From positions 4,396-68,395 of the IMG/VR virus record IMGVR_UViG_3300023174_000156: a stretch of 64,000 nucleotides of DNA; one strand, given 5' to 3'. The DNA comes from a virus. Shown here in pieces: positions 63,315 through 64,000 of the stretch. Under the pieces are notes generated by a model. The model had not been told where the DNA came from, ran no database searches, and saw nothing but the letters and a program-made list of their open reading frames with translations. The position numbers and the translations under genes were made by a program. Within the stretch, counting starts at the first letter, position 1, and each line of letters opens with the position of its first letter.

Positions 63315-63773
63315 TTAATTAAAATTATCAATAGCCGTTCCACCATCATATGTTGCTTCAAATGATGCTGTATTGTATAGCCCCGCACTTACAAGAACAC
63401 CTGGTTCATTGTATGCTCCACCACTAATAAAAGTACTTACAATTAAACCACTTCCGTCAATTGCTGTATCATGAATGTGATCTTGAAGTGTTTCTGCATC
63501 TTCAAGAGTTGCCATTGGATACCATTCACCAGAATAATAAACATGAACTCTTTCTGTTAATGTATCAAACCACAATCCTCCATTACTTGGAGAAACTGGT
63601 GCGGTAGTTCCAACAGGCATTGTTGGAGAACCAACTGCAGAGTCTACATAAAGTTTTGTAGCAGCATGTGTATTTTGAGTAGGTGTGGCAACTGTAACAA
63701 CATCTCCGAAAGTACCGCCTTGCGCTACAATCAAACCATGTTTGACTCTAAAGTCTTTATTTACGGTTGCCAC
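63315..63773 (-). CDS. Tail fibre-associated structural protein
   Basis: KDFRVKHGL, HAATKLYVD, GGLWFDT. Confidence 0.6.
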   Translation of the reverse strand: MATVNKDFRVKHGLIVAQGGTFGDVVTVATPTQNTHAATKLYVDSAVGSPTMPVGTTAPVSPSNGGLWFDTLTERVHVYYSGEWYPMATLEDAETLQDHIHDTAIDGSGLIVSTFISGGAYNEPGVLVSAGLYNTASFEATYDGGTAIDNFN

Positions 63774-63791
63774 TTCTAACCTCTATTCTAT

Positions 63792-64000
63792 TTATGCTTC
63801 AATATAAGTTTTGCTTACTTTAACATCAGTATCTGCTGATGCACCAGTTACCTGAAGAAGAACGTTTCCACCACTGTAAACAGCGTTAGTTGTTCCTAGT
63901 TCAGCGTTGCTGATTACATCTGCATACTCTGTTAAGTAAACGTTGTTTGATCCATCTACAGTTACAAGAAGTTCAATTACTTCAATATCAGTACCCTTTT
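63792..64000 (-). CDS. Tail fibre protein C-terminus (partial, runs off window)
   Basis: Open frame ...IEVIELLVTVDGSNNVYLTEYADV...KTYIEA*. Confidence 0.6.
   Translation of the reverse strand, partial: KGTDIEVIELLVTVDGSNNVYLTEYADVISNAELGTTNAVYSGGNVLLQVTGASADTDVKVSKTYIEA

Noticed and set aside
1-64000. Stop-codon reassignment
   Set aside because: Standard code gives full-length conserved genes; TAA, TAG and TGA all serve as stops; no suppressor tRNA

Overview
AT-rich, densely coding 64 kb segment of a large tailed dsDNA phage (siphovirus-like: long tape measure, no sheath gene in the window). The host is very probably a freshwater actinobacterium (inferred from WhiB, MSMEG_6728-like glycosylase, an acI-type surface protein and many leaderless genes). 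A + strand glycan-synthesis cluster (1-3537) converges on a long - strand region. That region carries accessory and host-like genes, Hsp20, 3 tRNAs plus a tRNA remnant and an HNH gene, a lysis cassette, three secreted surface proteins, terminase, a replication/recombination module (Cas4-like, RecA, DnaE, SSB, primase, DnaB), tail and head modules, class II RNR and tail fibres. Main observations: (1) a separately promoted operon (6604-8179) whose products end in a copy of the protease/scaffold C-terminal peptide; one is a polyprotein punctuated by the same hydrophobic-x-K-S/A sites as the scaffold, suggesting a capsid cargo-loading and processing system; (2) tail chaperones G and GT made by gene duplication with different expression signals instead of a frameshift; (3) a minimal ROSE-like thermometer on hsp20; (4) a compact pseudoknot at a predicted transcript start; (5) a possible host-surface conversion kit. 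All calls come from reading the sequence; no database searches were run.
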